This document shows positions 18,158-26,555 of a DNA stretch of 64,000 nucleotides, piece after piece. Within the stretch, counting starts at the first letter, position 1; each line of letters starts with the position of its first letter. The notes beneath the pieces were generated by a model. That model saw only the letters and a program-made list of their open reading frames with translations. It had not been told where the DNA came from and searched no databases. A program made the position numbers and the translations under genes. This DNA is from an uncultured bacterium (GTDB taxonomy: Bacteria; Chloroflexota; UBA5177; JANWHV01): the NCBI GenBank assembly GCA_963729625.1, contig CAVSOU010000004.1:16550-80549 (forward strand). Reading direction: 5' to 3'.

Positions 18158-19771
18158 ATGCGGGGACTGCTCTGCACCGTGCTCCTCGCCGCGGGCGCCG
18201 TCGCTTCTTCGCCATCGCCAGTTCGGGCAAGCCCGGATCGCGAAGCAAGCAGGCTCGTCCCGATCGTGGTCGTCGTCGGCGATCTTGGAGCCGTGACGGA
18301 AGGCAAGGCGGTGAGCGGGATCATCGCCACGTTTCCTCTTGCTTCCGGGTGCGGTGCCGCGGAATGCTTCCGCGCGAGCATCGGCTGGGGGGACGAAAGC
18401 ACAGGTCTTGGCGTCGTGCAGGTGGCGTCCGACAACTCCGCGTACACGGTGACCGGCGCGCACACCTGGCCGGCGGCAGGTCAGTACACGCTCGTCGTTC
18501 AGGTGTTCGGCATCGACGGATCCATTGGTGTCGGCGCCAGGACCATAGCCGTCGATGACGCACCGCTGACCGCGTGGGGCATGACGCTCACCGGCATGAC
18601 CAGCGTGCCCATCAGCGGGTTTATCGCCACGTTAATCGACGCGAACGCGTACGCCACGGCGGCGAGCTTCGACGCGAGCATCGACTGGGGAGACGGAAGC
18701 ACAACTGGTGGCCAGGTCGTCGCATGGGGCGGCGTGGGAGGCAACTCGGGCCTGGCAGTAACCGGCACGCACACCTATGCGACCCCGTCGACGTATGCCG
18801 TCACCGTTCACATCGTCGATCATGGCGGCGCGACGGTGCTGGCGAACTCGACAGTGACGATTGCCGGGCCGCCTACCGAGACACCGACGGCGACACCTTC
18901 GCCCACACTCATGCCAACCGCAACATGGACCGCGACGGCGACACCCACGCCTTCGCCGACGTCGACTCCCTCCTACACGCCGTTACCGACGTCGACGCCT
19001 TCACCCTCCTACACGCCCTCGCCGACGCTCACAAGCACCATGTTGCTGATTCCCAAGCGATCCAGCACGGCCACACCCTCCCGCCTCGCCGTCGTTGCCA
19101 CCCCGACGCGACTTCCCGGCGGCTGCAAGGTGACCACCGTGCTGTCAGCGTACTCGTGCCGCGGCAGCAGTGTGTACTTCATCGACGTCCATGTCGGCTC
19201 AAGTGCCCGGCGAGCGACGGGTATCTTCGTCTCTCGCGGGCCACATGGGTCGTACCTGATCACCACGAGCGACACGGTGCGTGGTGCCAAGCCGAAGGAC
19301 GTGCGTGCCAAGGTGGCCTACACCTATACCAGTCAGATTGGCTACGACGTCGTGTATCACGTGCTCCCAAGTAAGGTGAGTACGACCGGCCGAGGGGTGC
19401 TGGCGATCGTACATGTGTGGACTATCGGCCCACCAGCCGTGCCATGGGGAGATTCCGGTGCAATGCATGCGGGGCAACAGGCGGTCGCGCTCGCCTTCGT
19501 GTCGCCCCAGACGCACAAGCTGCAGGGTGCGACCGGCAAGATCACGGCGACAAAACTGGACCTGCATGACGGCAGCGGCCGCTTCTGGCTCGGTTTCAGC
19601 GCGACCTACAAGCCGTTCCTGGAGGGAGCAGCTCTTCTGAGTTCTGACGGTCTCCTGCTTGGTATCGTAGTCGGTGCGGGTCCGCGCGGCACGACACTGG
19701 TCTTTCCTGCCAACCAAGCGAAGCAGGTGGCGGCGGCCACGATCGCCGCGGCTGGGCTTCGGTCACCATAA
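18158..19771 (+). CDS. Secreted protein: two PKD/Ig-like repeats, Pro/Thr linker, degenerate trypsin(HtrA)-like domain
   Basis: Sec-type N-terminus; ASIGWGDE..VTGAHTW and ASIDWGDG..VTGTHTY; TPTPSPT repeats; ATGIFV/YLITTSDTV/WGDSG/EGAALLSSDGLLLGIV. Confidence 0.8.
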   Translation: MRGLLCTVLLAAGAVASSPSPVRASPDREASRLVPIVVVVGDLGAVTEGKAVSGIIATFPLASGCGAAECFRASIGWGDESTGLGVVQVASDNSAYTVTGAHTWPAAGQYTLVVQVFGIDGSIGVGARTIAVDDAPLTAWGMTLTGMTSVPISGFIATLIDANAYATAASFDASIDWGDGSTTGGQVVAWGGVGGNSGLAVTGTHTYATPSTYAVTVHIVDHGGATVLANSTVTIAGPPTETPTATPSPTLMPTATWTATATPTPSPTSTPSYTPLPTSTPSPSYTPSPTLTSTMLLIPKRSSTATPSRLAVVATPTRLPGGCKVTTVLSAYSCRGSSVYFIDVHVGSSARRATGIFVSRGPHGSYLITTSDTVRGAKPKDVRAKVAYTYTSQIGYDVVYHVLPSKVSTTGRGVLAIVHVWTIGPPAVPWGDSGAMHAGQQAVALAFVSPQTHKLQGATGKITATKLDLHDGSGRFWLGFSATYKPFLEGAALLSSDGLLLGIVVGAGPRGTTLVFPANQAKQVAAATIAAAGLRSP

Positions 19772-19875
19772 CCGGCTATCCAACCTGTTTGTTTCCGGAC
19801 TGCGACGCCGGTCCGGACGATTGGAGCGGGCTGTGACGTCGTTGGCATACGCAGTGCCCTTGAAATGACGGATGC

Positions 19876-20205
19876 TCAGGGGGCATACATGGCAGCGAGA
19901 GTCTCAAGCACCAACTGCTGCGTGGCCGCATCGAGCACACCGAGTTCGCGCACGAGACGTGACTTGTTCACCACGCGCATCTGGTCCAGCGCAATCTCGC
20001 CGTGCCTGCCCTGAAACTCGCAGGCCACACGCGTCGGATAGGCCCGGCCGCGTGTGGTCATCGGAGCGATGATCACCGTGGCGATGGACTTATTCATCTC
20101 GTCGGGTGACACCGCGAGGGCCGGTCGGGACTTCTGCATCTCGGAACCAACGGTGGGGTCGAGCGAGACCAAGTAGATGGCAAAGCGGCGGACTACCACT
20201 GCCAT
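19876..20205 (-). CDS. mazF: PemK/MazF family endoribonuclease toxin
   Basis: YLVSLDPTVGSEMQKSRPALAVSPDEMN, IIAPMTT, LDQMRVVNKSRL. Confidence 0.92.
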   Translation of the reverse strand: MAVVVRRFAIYLVSLDPTVGSEMQKSRPALAVSPDEMNKSIATVIIAPMTTRGRAYPTRVACEFQGRHGEIALDQMRVVNKSRLVRELGVLDAATQQLVLETLAAMYAP

Positions 20206-20459
20206 TCAGTCAGACCCCAGCTGGTCGGCGCCAGGTCCTTGGCGTCGAGCAACGCGTCGTCGTGCTGGGCGGCCATGACCTGGAAAGCCTCCTCCCACCC
20301 ACTGCGGGGGTGCTGGACCGCCGAGATCACCAGGCGGCTCTCTTCGAGACGTATCTCGACGGTATCCCGCAAGCCGGCCTGCTCGACCAGGGCCTTCGGG
20401 ATGCGGATGCCCTGCGAGTTGCCGATGCGGATCAGGCGGGTGCGGACAGCGTTGGCCAT
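20193..20459 (-). CDS. mazE: AbrB/MazE/SpoVT family antitoxin
   Basis: RLIRIGNSQGIRIPKAL, PRSGWEEAF, EWQW; overlaps the toxin start. Confidence 0.92.
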   Translation of the reverse strand: MANAVRTRLIRIGNSQGIRIPKALVEQAGLRDTVEIRLEESRLVISAVQHPRSGWEEAFQVMAAQHDDALLDAKDLAPTSWGLTEWQW

Positions 20460-20493
20460 GGGCAATCTCCAGGTATCGGGGCTTTCGACGGAA

Positions 20494-20530
20494 GTAATTA
20501 CATTGTAGGTCCACCCACCGGTGAGATCAA
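20494..20530 (-). promoter_or_regulatory. Sigma70-type promoter of the TA operon with palindromic operator
   Basis: Minus strand TTGATC (20530-20525), 17 bp, TACAAT (20507-20502), then palindrome GTAATTAC (20494-20501). Confidence 0.7.
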
Positions 20531-20758
20531 CCCGGATGACACGGTTCCAAGCGAGATTACCAAGCGCCGGGGAACCGCACGGTGCATAGCGATACACCTG
20601 ACGGCACCTGGGACAGAGGCGTTACTTCGACGGCATCAACCGGCAGAAGCCCGTGGCCGACGAGCACCTGACCGTGGACGACAACCTCGAGGAGTTCGGG
20701 CCGATCTCAGATCGGGATCTTGCCTTCCTGGATGCGGAGTCAGCGCGGCTGGCTGGCG

Positions 20759-20900
20759 ATGCTTGACGACATCGTAGACGCCGGCTTCGATATCATCAAT
20801 CCGGTGCAGACGTCGGCCGCGGGAATGGATCCAGTCGCGCTCAAGCAGAAGTACGGCGACCGGGTAACGTTCTGGGGCGGCGGCATCGACACGCAACGAG
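20759..20900 (+). pseudogene. Internal fragment of a uroporphyrinogen-decarboxylase-like/MtaA-CmuA methyltransferase
   Basis: LDDIVDAGFDIINPVQTSAAGMDPVALKQKYGDRVTFWGGGIDTQ only; flanking sequence unrelated. Confidence 0.75.
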
Positions 20901-21090
20901 TGCACAATTCTCTAAGATGTATGTCGCGTGTCTGGAAGTGCCTTGCTAGAGACAAATGTGCGTGTCAGCGTTATTATGGCCGATCCGACGTGCAGCCCAG
21001 CATTGCCGACCATCCATCATCGCCAGGGTCCAGGAGCCGCGTCGGGTCTGCCATGGTGAGGCACTCTAGACGCTCGAAAGGGGGCGCCTC

Positions 21091-21654
21091 ATGAAGGTGA
21101 CAAAGGATCGGCTCGACATTCAGACGAACGTGGTTGACGCGCGCGGCCCTTCAGTGGGCGAGTGGTTGTTGCTCGGCCTCAGCGTGGCAGGCGCGCCGCT
21201 CTCCCGCTATGTGCGGCGGCGCCTCGGCCGGAGAGGTGGCTACCTGCTGCTGGGCGGTTGCGGCACACTGTTTGCGCGCGACGCCGCGATGATAGCCGGC
21301 GGAGCGCCGCACAGGCTGCAACGCGTGCCGCGCTTTCTGCTCTTCCTTGAGCTGGCGCTGAACGGAATGGCCGTGATCGCTGGCTGTTGGGCGTGGACGT
21401 GCGGCGCACGGCGCGGTGATGAGGTCAAGGCAGCATCCGGGGTGGACCTTGGCGACGGAGCGCCAGGAGCACTCGCCCGCGGCACGGCACTCGTCAGCCC
21501 TCGCGGCTGGTCCCGAGTCAGTGAGGCTGCCGCCGAAGCGGCACTGGTGGTGCACGCCGGCAGGATGGCCATCTACGTCGTCAGCCCAAGTCGCGGGCGC
21601 AGCAGGCGGGCAATCAGCACGGTGACCAGCTCGCGGCCGGCGCCCAGTCTGTAG
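21091..21654 (+). CDS. Hypothetical membrane protein (contains repeat copy 2)
   Basis: 187-aa ORF with 3-4 hydrophobic segments; AAGGGGG upstream. Confidence 0.6.
   Translation: MKVTKDRLDIQTNVVDARGPSVGEWLLLGLSVAGAPLSRYVRRRLGRRGGYLLLGGCGTLFARDAAMIAGGAPHRLQRVPRFLLFLELALNGMAVIAGCWAWTCGARRGDEVKAASGVDLGDGAPGALARGTALVSPRGWSRVSEAAAEAALVVHAGRMAIYVVSPSRGRSRRAISTVTSSRPAPSL
21382..21560 (+). repeat. 179-bp direct repeat, copy 2
   Basis: Near-identical to 7204-7382. Confidence 0.95.
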
Positions 21655-21799
21655 GTCCTTGCCAACAGCGTATTCTCCTCTGCCGCGATGGACTGTCTAG
21701 CTAGGCATCGCCGGTGCCTCGCTCGTGCAGTGTACGCGCATTGTGCCTCGACGTGGGCCGCGGCACGAGTCTACAATGAGCACGGGAAAGGAGACCGCC

Positions 21800-22315
21800 A
21801 TGGCAGCGTCGATTCTCGTGGCATATGCTACCCGCTACGGCTCGACACGGGAAGTGGCCGAGGCAGTCGCGGCGACGCTGCGCGAACGGGGCCTTGCGGT
21901 AGATATGGAGCCTGTCCGGCAGGCGCGGGCACTCGATCACTATGAAGCGATCGTGCTGGGAGCGCCCTTGTACATGTTCCACTGGCATAAGGATGCGCGC
22001 CGGTTCCTGGCGCGGCACCGCAGAGCTCTCACCGGCCACCCCGTGGCCATTTTCGCACTCGGCCCATTTCATGCGGATGAGCAGGAGTTTCAGGGCGCCC
22101 GCAACCAGCTCGACAAAGAGTTGGCGAAGTTCCCCTGGCTGACCCCGGCACGGATTGGCATCTTTGGCGGCGCATTCGACCCGCAGAAGCTTACCTTCCC
22201 GCACAGTGTGATTCCCGCCCTCAAGAAAATGCCCGCTAGCGATGTGCGGGACTGGTCGGCGATCCGCACCTGGACGGGCGAACTGGCGGCGCAATTGCAG
22301 GAGGCGCGGGCCTGA
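21800..22315 (+). CDS. Flavodoxin-domain protein (HemG-like)
   Basis: ILVAYATRYGSTREVAEAVA, AIVLGAPLY, DVRDWSAIRTW; AAGGAG RBS. Confidence 0.88.
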   Translation: MAASILVAYATRYGSTREVAEAVAATLRERGLAVDMEPVRQARALDHYEAIVLGAPLYMFHWHKDARRFLARHRRALTGHPVAIFALGPFHADEQEFQGARNQLDKELAKFPWLTPARIGIFGGAFDPQKLTFPHSVIPALKKMPASDVRDWSAIRTWTGELAAQLQEARA

Positions 22316-22386
22316 GCGAGCCTGGGGATGGATGTGCGGCAGGCACGGCGCTGGAGCGGTGCGTATGGCGTAGCCGGCATCGTAGC

Positions 22387-22656
22387 ATGCATTGTGCCGA
22401 CGCAGCGTTGGAACCGACGTGCCGTGTCTACAATACGATACATCGCGATCGCCACGGCCGTTATCCTGCGTGCGCGGAAGCCAGCCCTCCGTATCAACAG
22501 CGCCAGCGTGATGGTCCCTCGACGGCCGAGCAACACCTCAACGAGACCCTCGTGCAGGAGTACGAGCGCGCCTTGCTGGTACGCGCAGAGGCGCTGGCGC
22601 GACTGCAGGCACGCGGGCGCGATATCGCGCCCCTCCCCGCCCCCGCCACAGGGTGA
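22387..22656 (+). pseudogene. Small helical partner gene preceding HNH, probably 5'-decayed
   Basis: C-terminal EYERALLVRAEALARLQARGRDI; its stop overlaps the HNH start (GTGA). Confidence 0.45.
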
Positions 22657-23106
22657 GCACGACCCCTATCCCTGCCGCACTCCGTGCATGCGTGGCGGAG
22701 CTGGCCGGCTACCGCTGTGGCTACTGCCTCACCGCCGAGGAGGTCGTCGGCTCGCCCTTGGAAATCGACCACCTCATGCCCAAGGCGCATGGCAGCCGTA
22801 CCCGTCGAGAACAACCTGTGGCTCGCCCGCTCGGCGTGCAACAGCCACAAGTGCGACAGTACCACGGGCCTAGATCCGCTCTCCGGCGAGATCGTTCCTC
22901 TGTTCAATCCGCGATCCCAGTCCTGGTACGAGCACTTCACCTGGACAACCGGCCACGACTACGTGATCGGCCGCACGGCGATCGGACGCGCCACCGTCGC
23001 CTCCCTCAAGCTCAATCGTCCGCTCTTAGTGCGGGCTCGCCGCCTCTGGGTGCGCCCTGGTGTCCGTGCTCCTCAGGGTGTGGGCCCCAATCCACCACAC
23101 CCTTGA
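22653..23106 (+). pseudogene. HNH endonuclease, frameshifted near 22800
   Basis: RCGYC...EIDHLMPKAHG in one frame; NLWLARSACNSHK...LFNPR...WYEHF...GRATVASLKLN in another. Confidence 0.85.
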
Positions 23107-23612
23107 GCGCGCTCCGGTTCACACTGCATGCAGAGCCGAGAGGCGCGCCAAGCAGTTGCACCACTGTGCGGTCGGCGGGAACTCGGGAGGGTCACAAACG
23201 GCACAGCTCAGCGCATACCGCGCGCTGCTACCCGTACCGTACGCGCGTACAGGCAACGAGCAGGCCGTCGCCTGTCAATACACTTCAGGTGGTCTCCATC
23301 GTGCAACGGGTAGATCTGCTCTGTATTCCGGAGCAAGTACGACGAATGCGCCTGTGGAGTGGCGTGGCGAGCGGTCTATCGCCGAGCCACGGCACAGCCG
23401 GACCAGCTGTCGCCGATACTTGAGCAATCTTCTCGGCGGCGAGCCCAGCCAGCGTAAGCCGGGAGCGTACTTCTGTTTTCCCCCGCCAGGTTGGCGGCGT
23501 CGCTGCCGTCACGGCGCTCTGCATGTATGGATGGCACGCGCCGCGCAACGGGCAGCGGCTTACGCCCAACAGCTCGGCGAGCGTAGTCGCCGATCCTGCC
23601 AGGGAGTCTTGG

Positions 23613-24015
23613 TCAGGCGGAAGGTTCAGACGGATTTGCGTGCGTCGCCGACGAGGATGCGGTGTATTTCTGCGCACTCCCGCGCGCAAGCTTAAGGGGA
23701 TACTTCGCGCCATTCGCAGCGAGCTTGGCGACAACGGCACAGGCAATGTCGACTTCCATGCAATCAGCCATGCTGCTGCAGAGTACCAGTACGTCGGCCA
23801 GCTCCCCAACGACGCTCTGCCCAACCAGTCCATCCGCAGTCGCTGCCTCCGATTCCTGAGCCGTCACCCACAGCAGCGGTTCCGGCAGCTTGGCGGCCTC
23901 GATGAAGATAGCCACGGCCGATTCCTTGGGGCAATGAGACTACCCCCAATCTCGCTCGCGCGAATGCTCGCACGCGTTCCCTCAGGTCGCCAACAGTCGT
24001 CGTCGCATTCTGCAT
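23613..24015 (-). pseudogene. MazG-like nucleotide pyrophosphohydrolase, frameshift plus in-frame stop
   Basis: LRERVRAFA / ERDWG*SHCPKESAVAIFIEAAKL...GELADVL...KLAANGAKYP. Confidence 0.85.
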
Positions 24016-24038
24016 CTGGTTGCACTCATCTACTCAGC

Positions 24039-26546
24039 TCAACCTCGATCGTGCACAGTATCAGCAGCCTGTCGGAGACACGCGGCGACACGCCGGGCAT
24101 CGGGTAGCCCAACTTGGGTTCCGGCCTCGCTCCGGATGACGAAACCGTCGGCTCCCTGATAGCGTATCCGAGCATGGGCCGCCAGGAACCAAGCGCGGCC
24201 GGCGGGAGCATCCGGATCGGAGAGTCGCGCAGGCGAGGCTCGGACCTGAAACTCCATCCCCGCCGCGCGAAGCTCCTCATACAGCCGCCACTCTTCTTCT
24301 GTCTCGAGGAGGAGCTCGCTCAGCGTTGTGGCGCGTTCCAGCGCCAGGACCGACGACCAACGTGAGCGTGAGAATCGCGCTGCGCGACCTGCGACATCGA
24401 CATTCACGATCGGCGCCGGCAATGCGGTCGCGTTCTCCAGCCGGTAGACGACCTGAAGCTCGTGCGGATCGCGTGCCGGCGGCCAGGGCGTGCGAATGTC
24501 GCCGCGCTCCAGCACCTCGATAGCGCGCACCATCGCCACGTGTGTCACGGCGCCTGGCTCGCGCAGCACCGCCGGCGAGTACACAGCGAGCCGCCGCACC
24601 GCAAATTGCCGGCTCTGATACCTGGTCAACCGGGCGTAGTAGGTCTGTGCCGAGACGATCCAAGCCAGATGCTCGCGTTCGAAGCCACCTCTCAAGACAC
24701 CCACAAGGACCGGCTCCGCCGCATTCCGGCGCCAAGCTACGGCCGCGTCGCCTGCCTGGCTCGAGATCGCCCGGTCCGCCAGATGCCAGCCACCCTGATG
24801 CAGCGCGCTCCGGAGCCACTCGGTGAGATACTCGGTGCTGTCCGGAAGCAATGGGATGGCACCAACACCCAGCCGTTGCAGCCCCTTCCACAGCCGTCCC
24901 TTGGCGAACGCGCCCGGCTGCTGCTCACGGTATGGAAACGCCGCGGCTGCTTGCAGCACCACGCGCTTGGGCAAGTTCGACACCTCTGCCTGCGACTCCT
25001 GTTCGAGAATGGCGTCGCGATAACGATGCAAGGAGTTGATAGCATCTTGCGGTGGTCCAGGACTGTCAAACTGGTCCACGTACTCTGGAGAGGCATCGAC
25101 CCGGTACTTCGCGTCGAGGATGAGCTGCATGGCTGGCCATGCTGCCCGATGCAGCGTGATCAGGATGTCGGGTTTCTGCGCGCCGAGGAACAGATCCCCA
25201 CGGAATTCCCTGTTGTATGTCACAGACGCGATACGCCCCTGCGCATCACGGAACCGCGCCGTCTGCTCCTTGCCCTTCTTGAGGAGGACATGCAAGCTAT
25301 CGCGCTCCAGAGTGATGAGGTCTTTGGCGGGAAGAGCGTTGCCGGTCTCCTCCGCCACTAGCTGCACGGTCTTGAGATAGCACCAGTACTCATACAGGAC
25401 GTTCAGGTCCTTGAGCGAGACCTCCACTGGTGCACCGCTCAGAACAAGACCGAGCGAAAGCAGCAAGCAGGCACGATAGGCCTCACGATACCCAGGCTGT
25501 GTTAGAAGCTGGAGCGAAGCGAATCCGGACGGGGGCAGTCCAGAAGCTTCGCCCAGGGGGCTCAGGCGCCCCAAGCGAGAGACACGACGCTCGAGGGCCT
25601 CGATCTCCAGCACAATGCGGTCGCGGCGTGCGCTCTGCTCTCGTTCCTGTTCAGAGTGAAGCAGCGACGCTAGGCGTCTTCTGATACCGGCCAATTGCGT
25701 CGCCAGCCAGCGGTGCTCCGGTGTGTCGAGGGTCGGGCGGGCTCGGCGTTCCTGCAGTCGCTGGTGCACCGGGATGCCGCTCTGCGTAGTCACGCGCGGA
25801 CCGCTTCCCGCTCCTCGTGCGATGGCACGTCGCAGGGCGGCGTCCGTGCGGCGGATATGATCGGATCGCACGTCGAAAGGCGCACGCGTGAGCGCCCACT
25901 GTGGCTGCTGCGCGACTCGCTCCAGCGCCTGTTCGAGGTCGCCAATCACATGCCGTAGCAGCGTGAGCCACTCGATGATTGTGGCCTTTCCCGTCGGCAT
26001 CGCGCTGCCCAGTCGGTAGGTGCTGCGCAGATACTCCCACACCATGCCAGCCAGGATCTCGCGCACATCGGCCAGCAGACGATCATAGTCTGCCTTATAG
26101 TCGAGCTTGGAGGGAAAGACCTCGATCTCGAACGTGAGCTCTGGCCGGCCGCTTACGTCGACTCGGAACGTGCTGCGCCCGACTTGGGCGCCGAAATTGA
26201 CTGTCCCATGCAGCACACAACCGGACTTGAGTGCGTGGAGGTCACGCAAGGCCTGGGGATCCCGGTGTAACAGCGACGCGGCATCACCGGTGAGACTCTC
26301 CAGGTAGACCGTATAGTCTGTCTGTTCGAAGAGCACCGGGCCGTCCTCGAGATCGAGCCGCGTCGCGGCAACTCCTGGTACAACTGCTCGCCAGCATTCG
26401 GGACCGAAGGCCAGGCCGGGCCGTAGCGGTCGTATGGCCAGCCGCCCCTGCACCGGCATGGTCGTGGAAAGCGGTGACGGTTCCTTGCTGGCCGCACCCC
26501 ACACCAGGAGCATGCGATCGGTCTGAATGCGAAAGAGGTCGCTCAC
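24039..26546 (-). CDS. McrC-like DUF2357 + PD-(D/E)XK nuclease with C-terminal extension
   Basis: EVFPSKLDY, DTPEHRW, LYEYWCY, QKPDILI, ILDAKYR, INSLHRYRDAI. Confidence 0.88.
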   Translation of the reverse strand: MSDLFRIQTDRMLLVWGAASKEPSPLSTTMPVQGRLAIRPLRPGLAFGPECWRAVVPGVAATRLDLEDGPVLFEQTDYTVYLESLTGDAASLLHRDPQALRDLHALKSGCVLHGTVNFGAQVGRSTFRVDVSGRPELTFEIEVFPSKLDYKADYDRLLADVREILAGMVWEYLRSTYRLGSAMPTGKATIIEWLTLLRHVIGDLEQALERVAQQPQWALTRAPFDVRSDHIRRTDAALRRAIARGAGSGPRVTTQSGIPVHQRLQERRARPTLDTPEHRWLATQLAGIRRRLASLLHSEQEREQSARRDRIVLEIEALERRVSRLGRLSPLGEASGLPPSGFASLQLLTQPGYREAYRACLLLSLGLVLSGAPVEVSLKDLNVLYEYWCYLKTVQLVAEETGNALPAKDLITLERDSLHVLLKKGKEQTARFRDAQGRIASVTYNREFRGDLFLGAQKPDILITLHRAAWPAMQLILDAKYRVDASPEYVDQFDSPGPPQDAINSLHRYRDAILEQESQAEVSNLPKRVVLQAAAAFPYREQQPGAFAKGRLWKGLQRLGVGAIPLLPDSTEYLTEWLRSALHQGGWHLADRAISSQAGDAAVAWRRNAAEPVLVGVLRGGFEREHLAWIVSAQTYYARLTRYQSRQFAVRRLAVYSPAVLREPGAVTHVAMVRAIEVLERGDIRTPWPPARDPHELQVVYRLENATALPAPIVNVDVAGRAARFSRSRWSSVLALERATTLSELLLETEEEWRLYEELRAAGMEFQVRASPARLSDPDAPAGRAWFLAAHARIRYQGADGFVIRSEAGTQVGLPDARRVAACLRQAADTVHDRG

Positions 26547-26555
26547 AGAGGCACT

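Noticed and set aside
18870-19110. Short tandem repeats resembling an array
   Set aside because: These are codons of a Pro/Thr/Ser linker inside a CDS; no repeat-spacer structure.
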